The position numbers and the translations under genes are program-made. The notes beneath the pieces were generated by a model. The model was not told the origin of the DNA, did no database searches, and saw only the letters and a program-made list of their open reading frames with translations. Of a DNA stretch of 64,000 bases, positions 26,640-37,235 are shown piece by piece. Each line of letters begins with the position of its first letter. Positions within the stretch are counted from its first letter, which is position 1. Origin of the DNA: Sarea resinae (Eukaryota); assembly GCA_026026165.1 (NCBI GenBank), contig JAPEUD010000007.1, forward strand, positions 124,001 to 188,000, read 5' to 3'.

Positions 26640-28451
26640 TCACATACTGGCAGTCTGGCCCCCAGTCTCTGTTTCTCCGTCGAATCTACGGCCTGTATCT
26701 GCAGTACTAGCAGTAGCAGCAGAAGTAAAGGAGACCCCAGCAGCGACATCCGTTTCGCGGCCAACGGCAGCACCAACGCCACCGCTGACTGACCCCCCAT
26801 CTCCGACTCCGGCGACCACGATCCTCCACTCCTCAGCCAGCCTGATGGCGGCCTCGGCACGCTCCTTGGCCTTCCCAGAAGCACGCGTCCCCTCGGCCCC
26901 GCCGTGGATCTGGCCCTCATCCTCATCCTCATCCTCACAATCGTAATCGTAATCGCGCGCCACGTCCTCCATATCACCGGTCCAGCGATGGCCCTGGCAC
27001 GTGCCCAGATCCGCCACGCACATGCCCAGCATCGCCCTCATCGTGTACGCGGCGTCGTTGCCCGCGTTGTGCAGGTGCCATGCCTCCTGGCCCAGCCCGA
27101 GCAGGATGTGGCCGAGCGCTCGCGACGTGTCGGTGCGGTGCAGCGCGCTGTACAGGGCCCGCGTGTCGAGCGTCTCGAGCAGGTTCGGGAGATGGCCTGC
27201 TGGTGGCGAGAAGGCGTGGAATGAGATCGGGGGCGCCGAGAGGTAGCCTACGTCGTTTCCTGGGTCGTGGCCTACGAGGACCAAGGGGCGCGCCTTGTAG
27301 GTTTTCTCTTCGGCCATGTTTGTGTTTTCAGTAGAGGATTTGGGGGTGGGAGTATTTGCAGCCGTAGCGTTTTGATCGGCGGAGGAGGGAAAAGGCGTAG
27401 AGAAGCACTCCTCCATCACCCTCGCGGCGTCGTGGATACTGATCCACTCGCTGTCGCCGAACTCGAAGTTGTCGCCACAGCTGGTCATAAAGTCCGTGTT
27501 CAGCAGGTGGGCGTACTCGCGGATGCGAAAGTGGCGCGAGCGGATCTTGGACATCCAGTTGATGCCGTTGGGACCGGGCGCCAGAGCGACGAGATCGTGC
27601 GTGTCGAGTTGCGAGACGCCGATCTCGGTGATCTTCTTGTGGTCGCGCTCGTAGGCCTCGACGTCGATGGCGATGAAGACCGGGGCGGACTCGGGCGCGT
27701 GCGGTGCCGGTCTCGACACGTCAATGATGGTTACCGCCGGCTTGGTGCCATCGTCATCGTCGTCTCGTTGGCGGATGGCGCGCTGGCCTGCGGGGGAGAA
27801 GTCGGCGAGAGAATACGGCGGCCCTGTCAGGGGCAGGGCGGCTGCGGTTTCGTCCGATAAGAGGCCCAGGTAGCGCTGAGAGCGTTTCATCTGGCTGCAC
27901 CATGCTTGGCGTCGGAGGTTGCGCTGGAGGAGCTTTCGTGCTTTCTGCGACTTGTTCTTGCGCTCCTTGGCCGAGAGCGCGGCGGCTTCTTTGTTGGTCT
28001 TCGGAGAAGGCGAGGCAGTAGCGGCCTTGGAGGTGAGAGGACTTGAGTCTGGGAGTGGGAGGACTGAATCCAACGACTTTGAGATGCTGGATTCTGGGCC
28101 TTGGCTGTTGTGTACCCTGGAGATTGGTTCCTGCGAGACTTCTTGTATGGGTGCGAGTGGAGACGAGGTAAAGGGAACTGGGTCTGGGTTGTAAGGAATA
28201 CTCTGTTCGGCTCCATCGTGTTCTTGTTCCAAGTGCTTGGTTTCTTGCAAGGTCTTACAGACCGAAGTGGTGGGGGTAAGAGTAGTAGAAAGGGAAGGCT
28301 CTTGAGACTCTCTGGTGTCGACATCAGCCTCGCTGTTGTTGTTGGTGATGCTGTCAGCGTTGCTTGCGGGAGCTGCGGGATGAATGGCTTCCTGTAATCC
28401 TTCGCTGCGCGCCATGCGCTTCATCCTGAGCAGCATTGATTGAGAAGACAT
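26640..28451 (-). CDS. qip: DEDDh 3'-5' exonuclease, QDE-2-interacting protein (QIP)/Gfd2-like
   Basis: Single long ORF. Motifs: FIAIDVEAYE..ITEIG, RHFRIRE, FEFGDSEW, LVGHDPGND, LDT, LHNAGNDAAYT. The first ATG at 28451 is assumed as start; orthology to Neurospora QIP is not verified. Confidence 0.75.
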   Translation of the reverse strand: MSSQSMLLRMKRMARSEGLQEAIHPAAPASNADSITNNNSEADVDTRESQEPSLSTTLTPTTSVCKTLQETKHLEQEHDGAEQSIPYNPDPVPFTSSPLAPIQEVSQEPISRVHNSQGPESSISKSLDSVLPLPDSSPLTSKAATASPSPKTNKEAAALSAKERKNKSQKARKLLQRNLRRQAWCSQMKRSQRYLGLLSDETAAALPLTGPPYSLADFSPAGQRAIRQRDDDDDGTKPAVTIIDVSRPAPHAPESAPVFIAIDVEAYERDHKKITEIGVSQLDTHDLVALAPGPNGINWMSKIRSRHFRIREYAHLLNTDFMTSCGDNFEFGDSEWISIHDAARVMEECFSTPFPSSADQNATAANTPTPKSSTENTNMAEEKTYKARPLVLVGHDPGNDVGYLSAPPISFHAFSPPAGHLPNLLETLDTRALYSALHRTDTSRALGHILLGLGQEAWHLHNAGNDAAYTMRAMLGMCVADLGTCQGHRWTGDMEDVARDYDYDCEDEDEDEGQIHGGAEGTRASGKAKERAEAAIRLAEEWRIVVAGVGDGGSVSGGVGAAVGRETDVAAGVSFTSAATASTADTGRRFDGETETGGQTASM

Positions 28452-28583
28452 GATGCGGGATGTGAATATTCCCGTGGAAATGCTAAGCAGATGAAGCTTG
28501 GGCACTTGATGTTTTTGCTTCTGGAGATAGTCAGATGTCAGTCGATTAGAACCGTTTCTCTAAAGAGGGTATTTCTTGATGAT

Positions 28584-28615
28584 GCTTGATGCTTGATGCT
28601 TGATGCTTGATGCTT
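28584..28615. repeat. (GCTTGAT)n heptamer repeat
   Basis: Four full units plus a partial unit upstream of the QIP-like gene. Confidence 0.85.
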
Positions 28616-29349
28616 ATTGTGATGATGATCCTGAGATCTTCAAACTTGAAGATTTCGGACTAGAGAGGTGAATATGCTTGAAGAAGGGGAAAGGAGACCT
28701 CCAGTCTTCCTGACACGGATGGGCTTCACTCTCATTCACTATTGTATGGAAATGTTACTATTCATTTGCGACACGACAGCTGTCATGTTCGTCGTTTGCA
28801 TTCACTGAGGTGCCTTTCTTCCCCTGTCTTTTTCGCATTGGACTGTCTGTGCCATAGGCAAGGCCATCGATGAGCCTGAGATGGTAGAGGGGAACGAGAC
28901 AGTGAATCAGCAGAGTCAGTCACTATATATTGAATAGGAGGCCTGCCAGATAGGGATTCGAAATCTGTCGCGTCTCTCGCGTCTCTGGCGCATCTTGAGG
29001 TACATAGTACTGTCGTGTTGTGTTTGATTGACGCCAACAGCCGTACAAAGACAAAGTACCTCGTACCTCGTACCTTCGGCGCATCACTCCTGCTCTAATC
29101 CCCGCAGAGCTGTACCACCAACAACAACAGCCTACAGCCTGGATGCCTTGAGAGCTCAGCCTCGCCTTTGACTACTCCGGAGGATACTGACCACGACTCC
29201 ACCCAGCATCCATAGCTCGCATCCTCAGTATCCTCAGTATGCTCATTCTATACCAAGATTCACAGACCTAATTTCCGCCCTACCTGACCTTGGGCCTGTC
29301 AACACCTTATCAGCTAGCTCCTCGAGCTCACAAGCTCACAAGCCTCACC

Positions 29350-31856
29350 ATGTCCGACGACGATGCAATGAGCGACGTCGTGACGGTCCAAGAGGCTTCA
29401 GATCCTGATGCTCAAGCGACCGTCACCGATTTTCTCGATTACACGGAATACCTTCCTTCAGACCTCATCCGTTCCTTGACACTGGTCCGCAAGCTGGACG
29501 AGACTTACCATACCTCGACCGAAGCCGTGCACGAACTCACAAAGACCCTGGGCGCATTGCCCAAGCTACCAGCCAACGAGCGGCCAGACGCTCAGAATCT
29601 ACGAAGTCAAATATCGCAGAATCTGAATCGCGCGATCGCGACGCGGGAAGCTTCTCATGCTGAGGCTTCCCGCCTGTGGGAGGTCGTTGACCATCACTAC
29701 AATCGGCTTAATAGTATCATTGCGAAGTTACATGCGCTGCCGAAGCCACCCTCTCGAGAGCCGACACCTGCGCCGGAGCCAGTCTCTCCGACCTTGCCGC
29801 GATCGCGTGGAGGCCGAAAGACAGATGTGGATGGGACTCCGCCAACTCGTATCACACTACGTCTAGATGGTGCACGTGCGGCTACAGGAGCTCAGGCACC
29901 AGGCTCGGAAAGCAGACACAAGCGTCGGCCCAAAAAAATCACGGTCCCGGGCGAGGTCCTCCCACCGTACAATCCAGACTCTCCCTCGTTCTATACGGCA
30001 TCAGAAGATGACTGGGAGTCTGCGCCTCCATCACCAGTTCCCGAACCTACGATTCGCGTTGGCGCCCCTTCTGCAAGGAAAAGTGGTAACTCTGCACGGA
30101 TCAAGGCTCCGAAACCGCCCAAAGTCCCTAAGATTAAATCCCCCAAGGTACCTCGACAACGACCACATGGCGTGATGGGTACGAATGTCCACAGTGCCGT
30201 TGCTGGTATCTCTTCAAGCAATGCTTTGGCCCTGCTAAAGCCCCCTCCAGAGAATCCGGTCCTCGGCAGCGAAGATGCCCCGTGGTTTCGGCTGACGGAA
30301 TGGGAGATGGCGAAGCTGCGTAAGCGTATGAAGAAGAACGCCGTCTGGACCCCAAGTGACACCATGATCCGACGCGAGCTGTCGGAACGTGGCCGTGGAC
30401 CCGAGAACTATCGTCTTGCAAGATCCCGGGCTGAGACCAGCGGCGACGCTTTCGTCGACGATTCCAAGCCGACCGAGCCGGGCCAGGGAAAAAAGGTATT
30501 GGCTCCTGGTGAGATTAGTGCTGATGCACTGGGTGAGGCAGAGACCCAGCTGAGCAACAGGGGTATGAAACTCAACGAAGCGAAGAAGTTGAAAAAAGAG
30601 AATCTGGCTCGAGAGCAGGCAGCATTAGCAGCCGCGGAAGCTGGACAGACTACTCAGAGGTCAGCCGACGGGGACGAGATGGACGTAGATGACGCAAACG
30701 CCATGGATGCTACGCTACAGAACAACATCGAGGCAGAAATCACCAAGACCAAGGCAAAAGAAAAGCAGGCAGAGGAAAAGGCCACCAAGAAGAGAAAACG
30801 AGAAGCCAGCAGGGAGGAAGCGGTAGCCGAGATACCTGAAGCCTCGACCGCCCCCGCACCAGCACCGGACAAGCCTTCGAACCCTAAGAAACGCAGAACC
30901 ACAGCGGCACCGCCCGCCCCAATCTCAACAGGCACAACCATTACAATCCCTCTGGCGGCTCCGGGTGCTATCTCGAAATCTACTACTCCTGCCCTGCCCT
31001 CGCCAAGCGAAATCAAACGAACAGCGACGTCCAGCCGTCCGCGCCGCACTTCCACGGCCGCCAAAACAGCCTCACCGGAGGCAACACTACCGTCGCGTCC
31101 GCTATCACGGGGAAAACTCACATCGGCGGAGCCGGCCGCGCCCACAAGCACGCGCGAACACCTCCGACGCGCCCGGACCCTGAGCGCGCCTCCGCTCCCC
31201 TCGGAGCCAGTGCCCGCCCGCAGACGCAGCAAGAGGCCGGCGCCTGGACCCGTAACGGCGAGTACCGAGGGCGGGGCGGCGGTGAGCGTAGGACGTCGAA
31301 AAGCGGCACCGAGGAAGAAGGTGACGGGGGCGGCAGCGACGACAGCGACGACCGGGGCTCGAAAATCAGACGGCAAGGGCGAGGAGAAGATGGAGGATCT
31401 CGCCGACGAGATCGATCCCGACGAGCCACGCTATTGCCTCTGCGGCGATGTCAGCTTCGGCACCATGATCTGTTGTGAGAATAGTGATGTGAGTATCACC
31501 TGCCACCCCTTTTTTTCTGCCTCTCTCCATATTCTCTCACCCTTGTTCCTTTCCAGCAACATGTCTCTCTCACACTCCCTCCCTCTCTCACGTACATACA
31601 CCCTCTCTCTCTATGTATTGCTCTACTTCTCTATTTCTCTCTCTTACCTTCTAGCCATCTACTTAACTAACGCCCCGACTAGTGCGAGCGCGAATGGTTC
31701 CACCTCTCCTGCGTTGGGCTCTCCGAACCGCCCGGCCGTACCACGAAATGGTACTGTCCGGCGTGTCGCAAGGGCCTGGGCATCTCGACTGCCGACAAGG
31801 GCATCGTTCCGTCTGGAGGCGGGGGAGGGTGGGGAGGTGCTAGGAGGAAGAAATGA
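29350..31856 (+). CDS. ING-family-like PHD finger chromatin protein, 770 aa
   Basis: Exons 29350-31488 and 31683-31856. N-terminal ING-like segment ([24 protein letters not shown]). Splicing completes the PHD finger [42 protein letters not shown]. Confidence 0.9.
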
Positions 31857-32232
31857 TTTGCGCCGTGTGCGTGGCTGGGTTAGTGAACTGGGCGGAGTTG
31901 GGCGGAGGCGCGCTGGGCTGGGTTTAGATGATTTGAGTTGAGTTTGGTGCGGTAGGGTTGAGTTGAGCTGAGTTCGGTTGATTTATGGGACACATCTGGG
32001 AAAGGGAGGGAAGGGAAGGGAATCAAAGAAGGACAAGAGGAGAGAAAGGCAGATGGGGCTGAGTGGGTAGCTTGTACGCAGACAAGAGTATTACCTGCCT
32101 ACCTACCTACTTACGTACCTCCCACAATACTCTCACTCACAAGTATCGCATTCAACGAGGTCAATGACATCAACAGCAAGCACTACGAGTGGCTTCAATA
32201 GCTTTAATAGCAGTAATAGCAATCATTCTACC

Positions 32233-32281
32233 AATCAATGATTCAATCAATCAATCAATCAATCAATCATTCAATCAATCA
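32233..32281. repeat. Imperfect (TCAA)n microsatellite
   Basis: caatcaatcaat tract, directly visible. Confidence 0.85.
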
Positions 32282-33302
32282 GGAAGAACCAAGTAACAGC
32301 TAATCACTCTAAGCCCATAGCCCGCCTCGACTTTGCCTTACATTGCATTACGCTGCCTTAGCTTAGCTTATCTTCTCATCTTAGCTAGATATCTAGCTAA
32401 TATGTATTATCCGTTTCGAAAGAAAGTAAAAGGTAGTATAATCACCCATCCTCCCACCCTGTGTACCTGGACCTACCTAGCTGTACCTACCTGCCTATCT
32501 ACCTACCTGCCTATCTACCTACCTGCCTGCCTGCCTGTACCTGCCTAGGTAGGTCAGAGTGCATTATCACTACAAAAGTTCCTCGAACTCAGTGTTTGGT
32601 GTTGGTCTCTCGGTCCCTTTTGGTCCCCTGAGTCGTCTTTCCATTGGTAGAGACGGGGTTTGAAGAGTAGATTAACTGAATGGGTGGGTGGCTGGCTGGT
32701 CGATGGGCAGTGTGGACGGAGTAGGAGGGAATTGGTCATAAGGGGGAAGGAGCGATAAGGGGCGAGGAGGGAGAGGTCAGGTGAGATGGTGCCGAAGGGT
32801 TTGAAGCAGAGGATAGGAAGAAGATAGGGGTGTATAGGGATAGGAAGAAGACGACCAACGGGACAGAGGGTTTATGGTGGAGAGAAAAGGGGGCATTCAA
32901 ATGTGAAAGCATGATGCGTTTCAAGACGGTGCTTTCATGCATAGAGACGAGGTTCATGGATGAGATTGTTCTCAGCTCTGATGACATGGACTGGTGGGGA
33001 AAATTAATGGATCGAAAGGGTGATGTTTTATGGCTGTATCTGTATGTTGTCTGCAAAGGGAGATGGCGTGCGCTTGCTTTCGCTGCGCTCATACTGGTAC
33101 GATTGAGTGGAATCGGCGGCGGCAAAGGCAGTCTTGCTGCGCTATCCGTCGTACCTGCCCTGACTGCCGTAAGAGATGAAGCTTGATTCACAGCAAGCGT
33201 GTTCCGTTCCAACGCGTCGCTTCACCACCCACCCACCAATTCCACGTTCACAACCGGCCCAGAGCCACCATAAGTACAAGTCTAACGCTGATATTCTTCA
33301 TC

Positions 33303-33589
33303 CGGGTTGTGTGGTCTAGTTGGAATGGGTTCTTTTCCTATGTTGTTCTCCCCCCCCCCCCTTTCCGCAAGAGACCACGCACGTAAGCAACCGCAAGTAC
33401 CCCCCCGTGCCCCCCACCTAATACATGGCGACATGTATTAGGACGGGTGAGGATCTTGCAACTGACCCAATCCTTCCGGTAGCCGCTGGCACCGATGAGA
33501 TAAACCTGCTGGGGCGGACGCGTCACAGTAAGGTTTTCGTAGGTGGGCCGAAAGGCAACTGAGCTTTTTGCAATTTTTTTCAATGGTAG
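33303..33589 (+). ncRNA. Candidate spliced/structured non-coding RNA locus (unidentified)
   Basis: Two intron-like segments (33383-33482 and 33528-33589), a perfect 11-bp GCGA-loop hairpin, a GCC-GAAA-GGC hairpin, an A-box-like TGGTCTAGTTGG and T-runs. No credible protein. Confidence 0.25.
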
Positions 33590-33614
33590 GATTGCATCTT
33601 GATAATAGGAGGTG

Positions 33615-33616
<2 letters not shown>

Positions 33617-33651
<35 letters not shown>
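33617..33651. repeat. (GAT)n microsatellite
   Basis: About 11 perfect units. Confidence 0.9.
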
Positions 33652-34206
33652 CAGTAACGATGAACGATGCATGCGCCGTGTGATCTGGTGCGACGATGCG
33701 AGTATACTGGTGATACGCAGCGCTGATCGTGAGGATTTTGGTGTTCCTTGAGCGCGCCTCTGGAGAGGGTACCTCGAGAGACTTCGAGGACCTTTTGGCA
33801 GGGGTACCTCGAGGGCGTTCGAGGGGAGAAGATTCTCTGACATTGTTGACCGGAATAGGCAATACCGTGATGGACTCAGGGTCGATCCTCGTCGTCGACG
33901 ACTTAGTTTTCGCCTTTTTTATTGTTGTGTGGGTGGGCTGTCTGCACACATAGTGCTCCTCGTGAGGGCAGTGAATGAGCAGCTTCCTGATTAGGTGTAT
34001 TGACTGCACTTGCCATTCATCCAATATCGATCCTAGAGCCTATCCTTTCATGCCTTCTTTCCATGCCTTCCTTCAGCCAGTATCGAGACTCACCCTGAAC
34101 AGTACTGTCCTGAGGTTGCGTCCGTTTCTGCTTGCTTGGACAACACCCATCCGGCTTCATTCTTCAACCAACGCTCAACACCAAGCATCTCGAAGACAAC
34201 CAGAAA

Positions 34207-35223
34207 CTAAACACCAGGCTTCAAGTTCTTGAAGCTGCTTGTCGTGTTTTTGATAGCCTCTTCCACTGGCAGCCTCTCCATACTACTCGCCCCAAAGAAC
34301 CCATGCACTCCCTTCGTCCTGTCAAGCACATACTTCGCGTCCTGCACGGCCGCGATCGGCCCACCATGGCAAAGGACTAATATGTCTGGATTCATTCGTG
34401 CAGCAGTATCCCGAATCTCCTGCACTCTCTTCACACAGTCGTCAAGGCTCAACGCTGTCGTCGCGCCAATAGCGCCGGAAGTCGTCAACCCCATATGCGC
34501 GACCAACACATCGGCGCCCGCCCGAGCCATGCGCTCTGCTTCATCAGCATTGAAAACATAAGGCGTGGTCAGGAGATCCATCTCATGGGCAGTACGGATC
34601 ATGGATACTTCAAGCTCATAAGACATGCCCGTTTCTTCGAGATTTTGGCGAAACGTGCCGTCGATGAGGCCAACCGTAGGGAAGTTTTGCACACCACAGA
34701 AGCCGAGCTCCTTCAGCTGGCGAAGAAAAGAGGACATGGAGCGAAAGGGGTCCGTGCCGCAGACGCCGGCTATGACCGGGGTGTTTTCAACTATAGGGAG
34801 GACTTCATTGGCCTGGTGCTGTCGTTAGAATTTCATCACGCTGACTTGGTCTAGGGCACTGAACGAGAAACATATCAGGGGGAAGTCAAGAGGGTAGTAC
34901 CATTTCCAGAACCACGGTATTTGCATCCCCGTACGGCATCAGTCCCGCCAGCGAGCCGCGCCCAGCCATCCGGAAACGGCCGGAGTTATAGATGATGATC
35001 AAATCCGCACCGCCCTTCTCGATGAATTTGGCAGAGAGCCCAATTCCTGCAGACGATAATCAGCATCAAGCTCTGTCTTTCACAGCCCTCCGTTTCTCTT
35101 CAAAAGAGCTGGCGACGTGGGGGTGTTCTGCTGACCAGCCCCTGCGCCCACGATAACTTCTCCCTTGGCTACCGTGGCTCTCAATCTCTTCAGCACTTCC
35201 GCACGAGTAGTTGGCCGAGGCAT
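34207..35223 (-). CDS. TIM-barrel signal-transduction / PEP-hydrolase-like protein (equivalent of the Tm-1 C-terminal domain), 279 aa
   Basis: Exons 35223-35136, 35046-34901, 34812-34207. Motifs: [74 protein letters not shown]. Confidence 0.92.
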
Positions 35224-35492
35224 TTTGAGACGTTCCTTGAAAATATAACGAAAACACTTCTAAGCTGAATGTGATGAACTTCGTCAAGAGATCCAGTGCT
35301 GTGATAGAGACCAATTTGGCCTAACAAATTGCTGACAATGAAGCAAGTGAAATGGTCAATAGTTGAACAATTCCATTGATCGAATCTAGTGCAAGCAAAG
35401 CATCAGTCTTTTCTCGAGATCAGATCCTGAAGATGACCGTGACTGCCACGCAAGAGGTTGAAAGAAGGATTGGAAGATGCTTATGTATGGCT

Positions 35493-35749
35493 GTGGGGAC
35501 GGCATGTCGTCCAGCTTAGGCGGAGATACGTATACAAATAGTGGCAGGGAAGTTGGTGATCCACTCCAAACCCCTCCGAGCTCCACCCCCCGGCTCCAGC
35601 TCCGCTCCGCTTCCACTCGGTCCAGCTCGGCCCTATTATTAGCGACAGATCCGATGCATCTTCTTCCGATGTAATTTGTACGACTCAACGTTGCAAGCGG
35701 GGCAGGGTCTTTCTAGTGCTCGACTTGGCATGAGTCTTCCGGCCTCCGC
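35493..35749. promoter_or_regulatory. CreA/Mig1-type SYGGRG motif cluster in the bidirectional promoter
   Basis: Nine matches at 35493, 35520, 35581, 35588, 35594, 35600, 35605, 35697 and 35744, plus one PacC site CTTGGC at 35724. Confidence 0.4.
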
Positions 35750-35936
35750 TCCTTTTGCAAAAAAAATAAAATAGAGTGGGATCAATGGGACGAATCGATG
35801 CTTTACTACTGCCTATGCCTATGTGCCCAAACGTTCCATTGAATTTGCTCGAGGTTGATACTTGAATGAAGACTTTCATCCGTCTATCTATTTGTTCTGG
35901 ACGTCCAAATCAAGAGCTTCCATTGCTGTCGCAAAG

Positions 35937-37235
35937 ATGACTCTCCCAGTGGTCGCTCTCCTAGGGACCTGCGACACCAAGCTTCAAGAGCTCCTCTACC
36001 TCCGAACCCGTCTTCTCTTCACCAAATGTATCGTCATTCTAATAGACACGGGCCGGACACCCTCCTCTGACCCCGCAATCAACATATCTCAGCCCGAACT
36101 TCTCTCTCGTCATGCACCTTCGTCACTCCAACTATCCCCCAATGATGTGGGAAGCCTCTCCCGAGGCGACCTCATCAAGCACCTAGCTGCATGTGCTACA
36201 GCCTGCGTGCGAGAATTGTATGCCGCCGGCAAAATCCACGGCATCATCTCCATCGGCGGCTCCGGCGGAACCTCTCTCGCCTCTGCAGTCATGCGTGATG
36301 CGCTCCCCATGGGCTTCCCGAAACTCATCGTTTCAACCATGGCAAGTGGCGATGTGAGACCATTTGTCGGCGAGATAGACCTCACCATGATGTACAGCGT
36401 AGTCGACATCGCGGGCTCCAATACGATCTTGGACAGCATCTTGGCCAATGCGGCGGGTGCCATGGGTGGTATGGCATATGCATACAAGGCACGTATGCGC
36501 GACGCGGAAGAGAGGTCTGAGAGGGACGTTGCCGGAAGCAAAAAGAAGAGGATTGCCATAACGATGTTCGGCGTGACGACGCCTTGCGTAGACTATATTC
36601 GCCGCCATCTCGACGCTCACGGCAATTACGAGATCTACGTATTTCATGCCACGGGTGCTGGGGGCCGCGCAATGGAGCGCCTCATCTCGGAGAGACGTAT
36701 CGATGCCGTGCTGGACGTGACAACCACAGAGATTGCAGATGAGGTTGTGGGTGGGGTTCTTAGCGCCGGACCAGACCGCTTGAATGCTGCAGGAAAGGCA
36801 AGGATTCCTCAGATCGTGGTTCTGGGAGCGCTCGATATGGTGAACTTCGGGCCGAGGGATACGGTACCGGAAAAATTCAGGGAGAGAAATCTCTACGAAC
36901 ATAACCCGAGCGTGACGCTTTTGCGGACGAATGAAGATGAGTGTGAGAGGATTGGAGAGTTCATCGCTACAAAGTTGAAGACCGGATTGGGTCCTAACAC
37001 GACAGAAATCTGGGTGCCTGAAGGGGGCATGAGTATGCTCTCGACGCGAACGGGCGCATTCTACCACCCAGAAGCTGACGAGGCTCTTGTGAAGGCATTA
37101 GTCGAAGGGTTAAGAGACACTGGTATTGCTATCCAAAGAGATAAGAGGGACATTAATGACGAAGGGTTCGCGACCGATTTGGCCGAAAGGATAATAGCGT
37201 TAACAGATAGTAAGCCGATTGACACTAACAATTGA
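35937..37235 (+). CDS. UPF0261 / Tm-1-like ATP-binding domain protein, 432 aa
   Basis: Intronless. Motifs: LLGTCDTK, GIISIGGSGGT, LPMGFPKLIVSTMASG, SVVDIAG, ITMFGVTTPCV, VFHATGAGGRAME, GALDMVNFG, YEHNPSVTLLRT, INDEGFA. Confidence 0.92.
   Translation: MTLPVVALLGTCDTKLQELLYLRTRLLFTKCIVILIDTGRTPSSDPAINISQPELLSRHAPSSLQLSPNDVGSLSRGDLIKHLAACATACVRELYAAGKIHGIISIGGSGGTSLASAVMRDALPMGFPKLIVSTMASGDVRPFVGEIDLTMMYSVVDIAGSNTILDSILANAAGAMGGMAYAYKARMRDAEERSERDVAGSKKKRIAITMFGVTTPCVDYIRRHLDAHGNYEIYVFHATGAGGRAMERLISERRIDAVLDVTTTEIADEVVGGVLSAGPDRLNAAGKARIPQIVVLGALDMVNFGPRDTVPEKFRERNLYEHNPSVTLLRTNEDECERIGEFIATKLKTGLGPNTTEIWVPEGGMSMLSTRTGAFYHPEADEALVKALVEGLRDTGIAIQRDKRDINDEGFATDLAERIIALTDSKPIDTNN

Noticed and set aside
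31489..31941. C-terminal extension of the 883-aa ORF in the track
   Set aside because: Read-through of a 194-nt intron; the spliced form completes the PHD finger in another frame.
32900..33020. Possible hammerhead ribozyme (CTGATGA at 32978 with nearby GAAA)
   Set aside because: Stems I and II cannot be formed in the required register in any permutation I tried.
33338..34024. 228-aa minus-strand ORF with a poly-Ile stretch
   Set aside because: The poly-Ile is translation of the (GAT)n microsatellite; no domain features; overlaps the probable 3' UTR of the TIM-barrel gene.
31857..34206. Telomerase RNA, RNase P/MRP, SRP, U3, U6 or U14 in the long convergent gap
   Set aside because: No TAACCCTAA-type template and none of the diagnostic conserved boxes found by eye.
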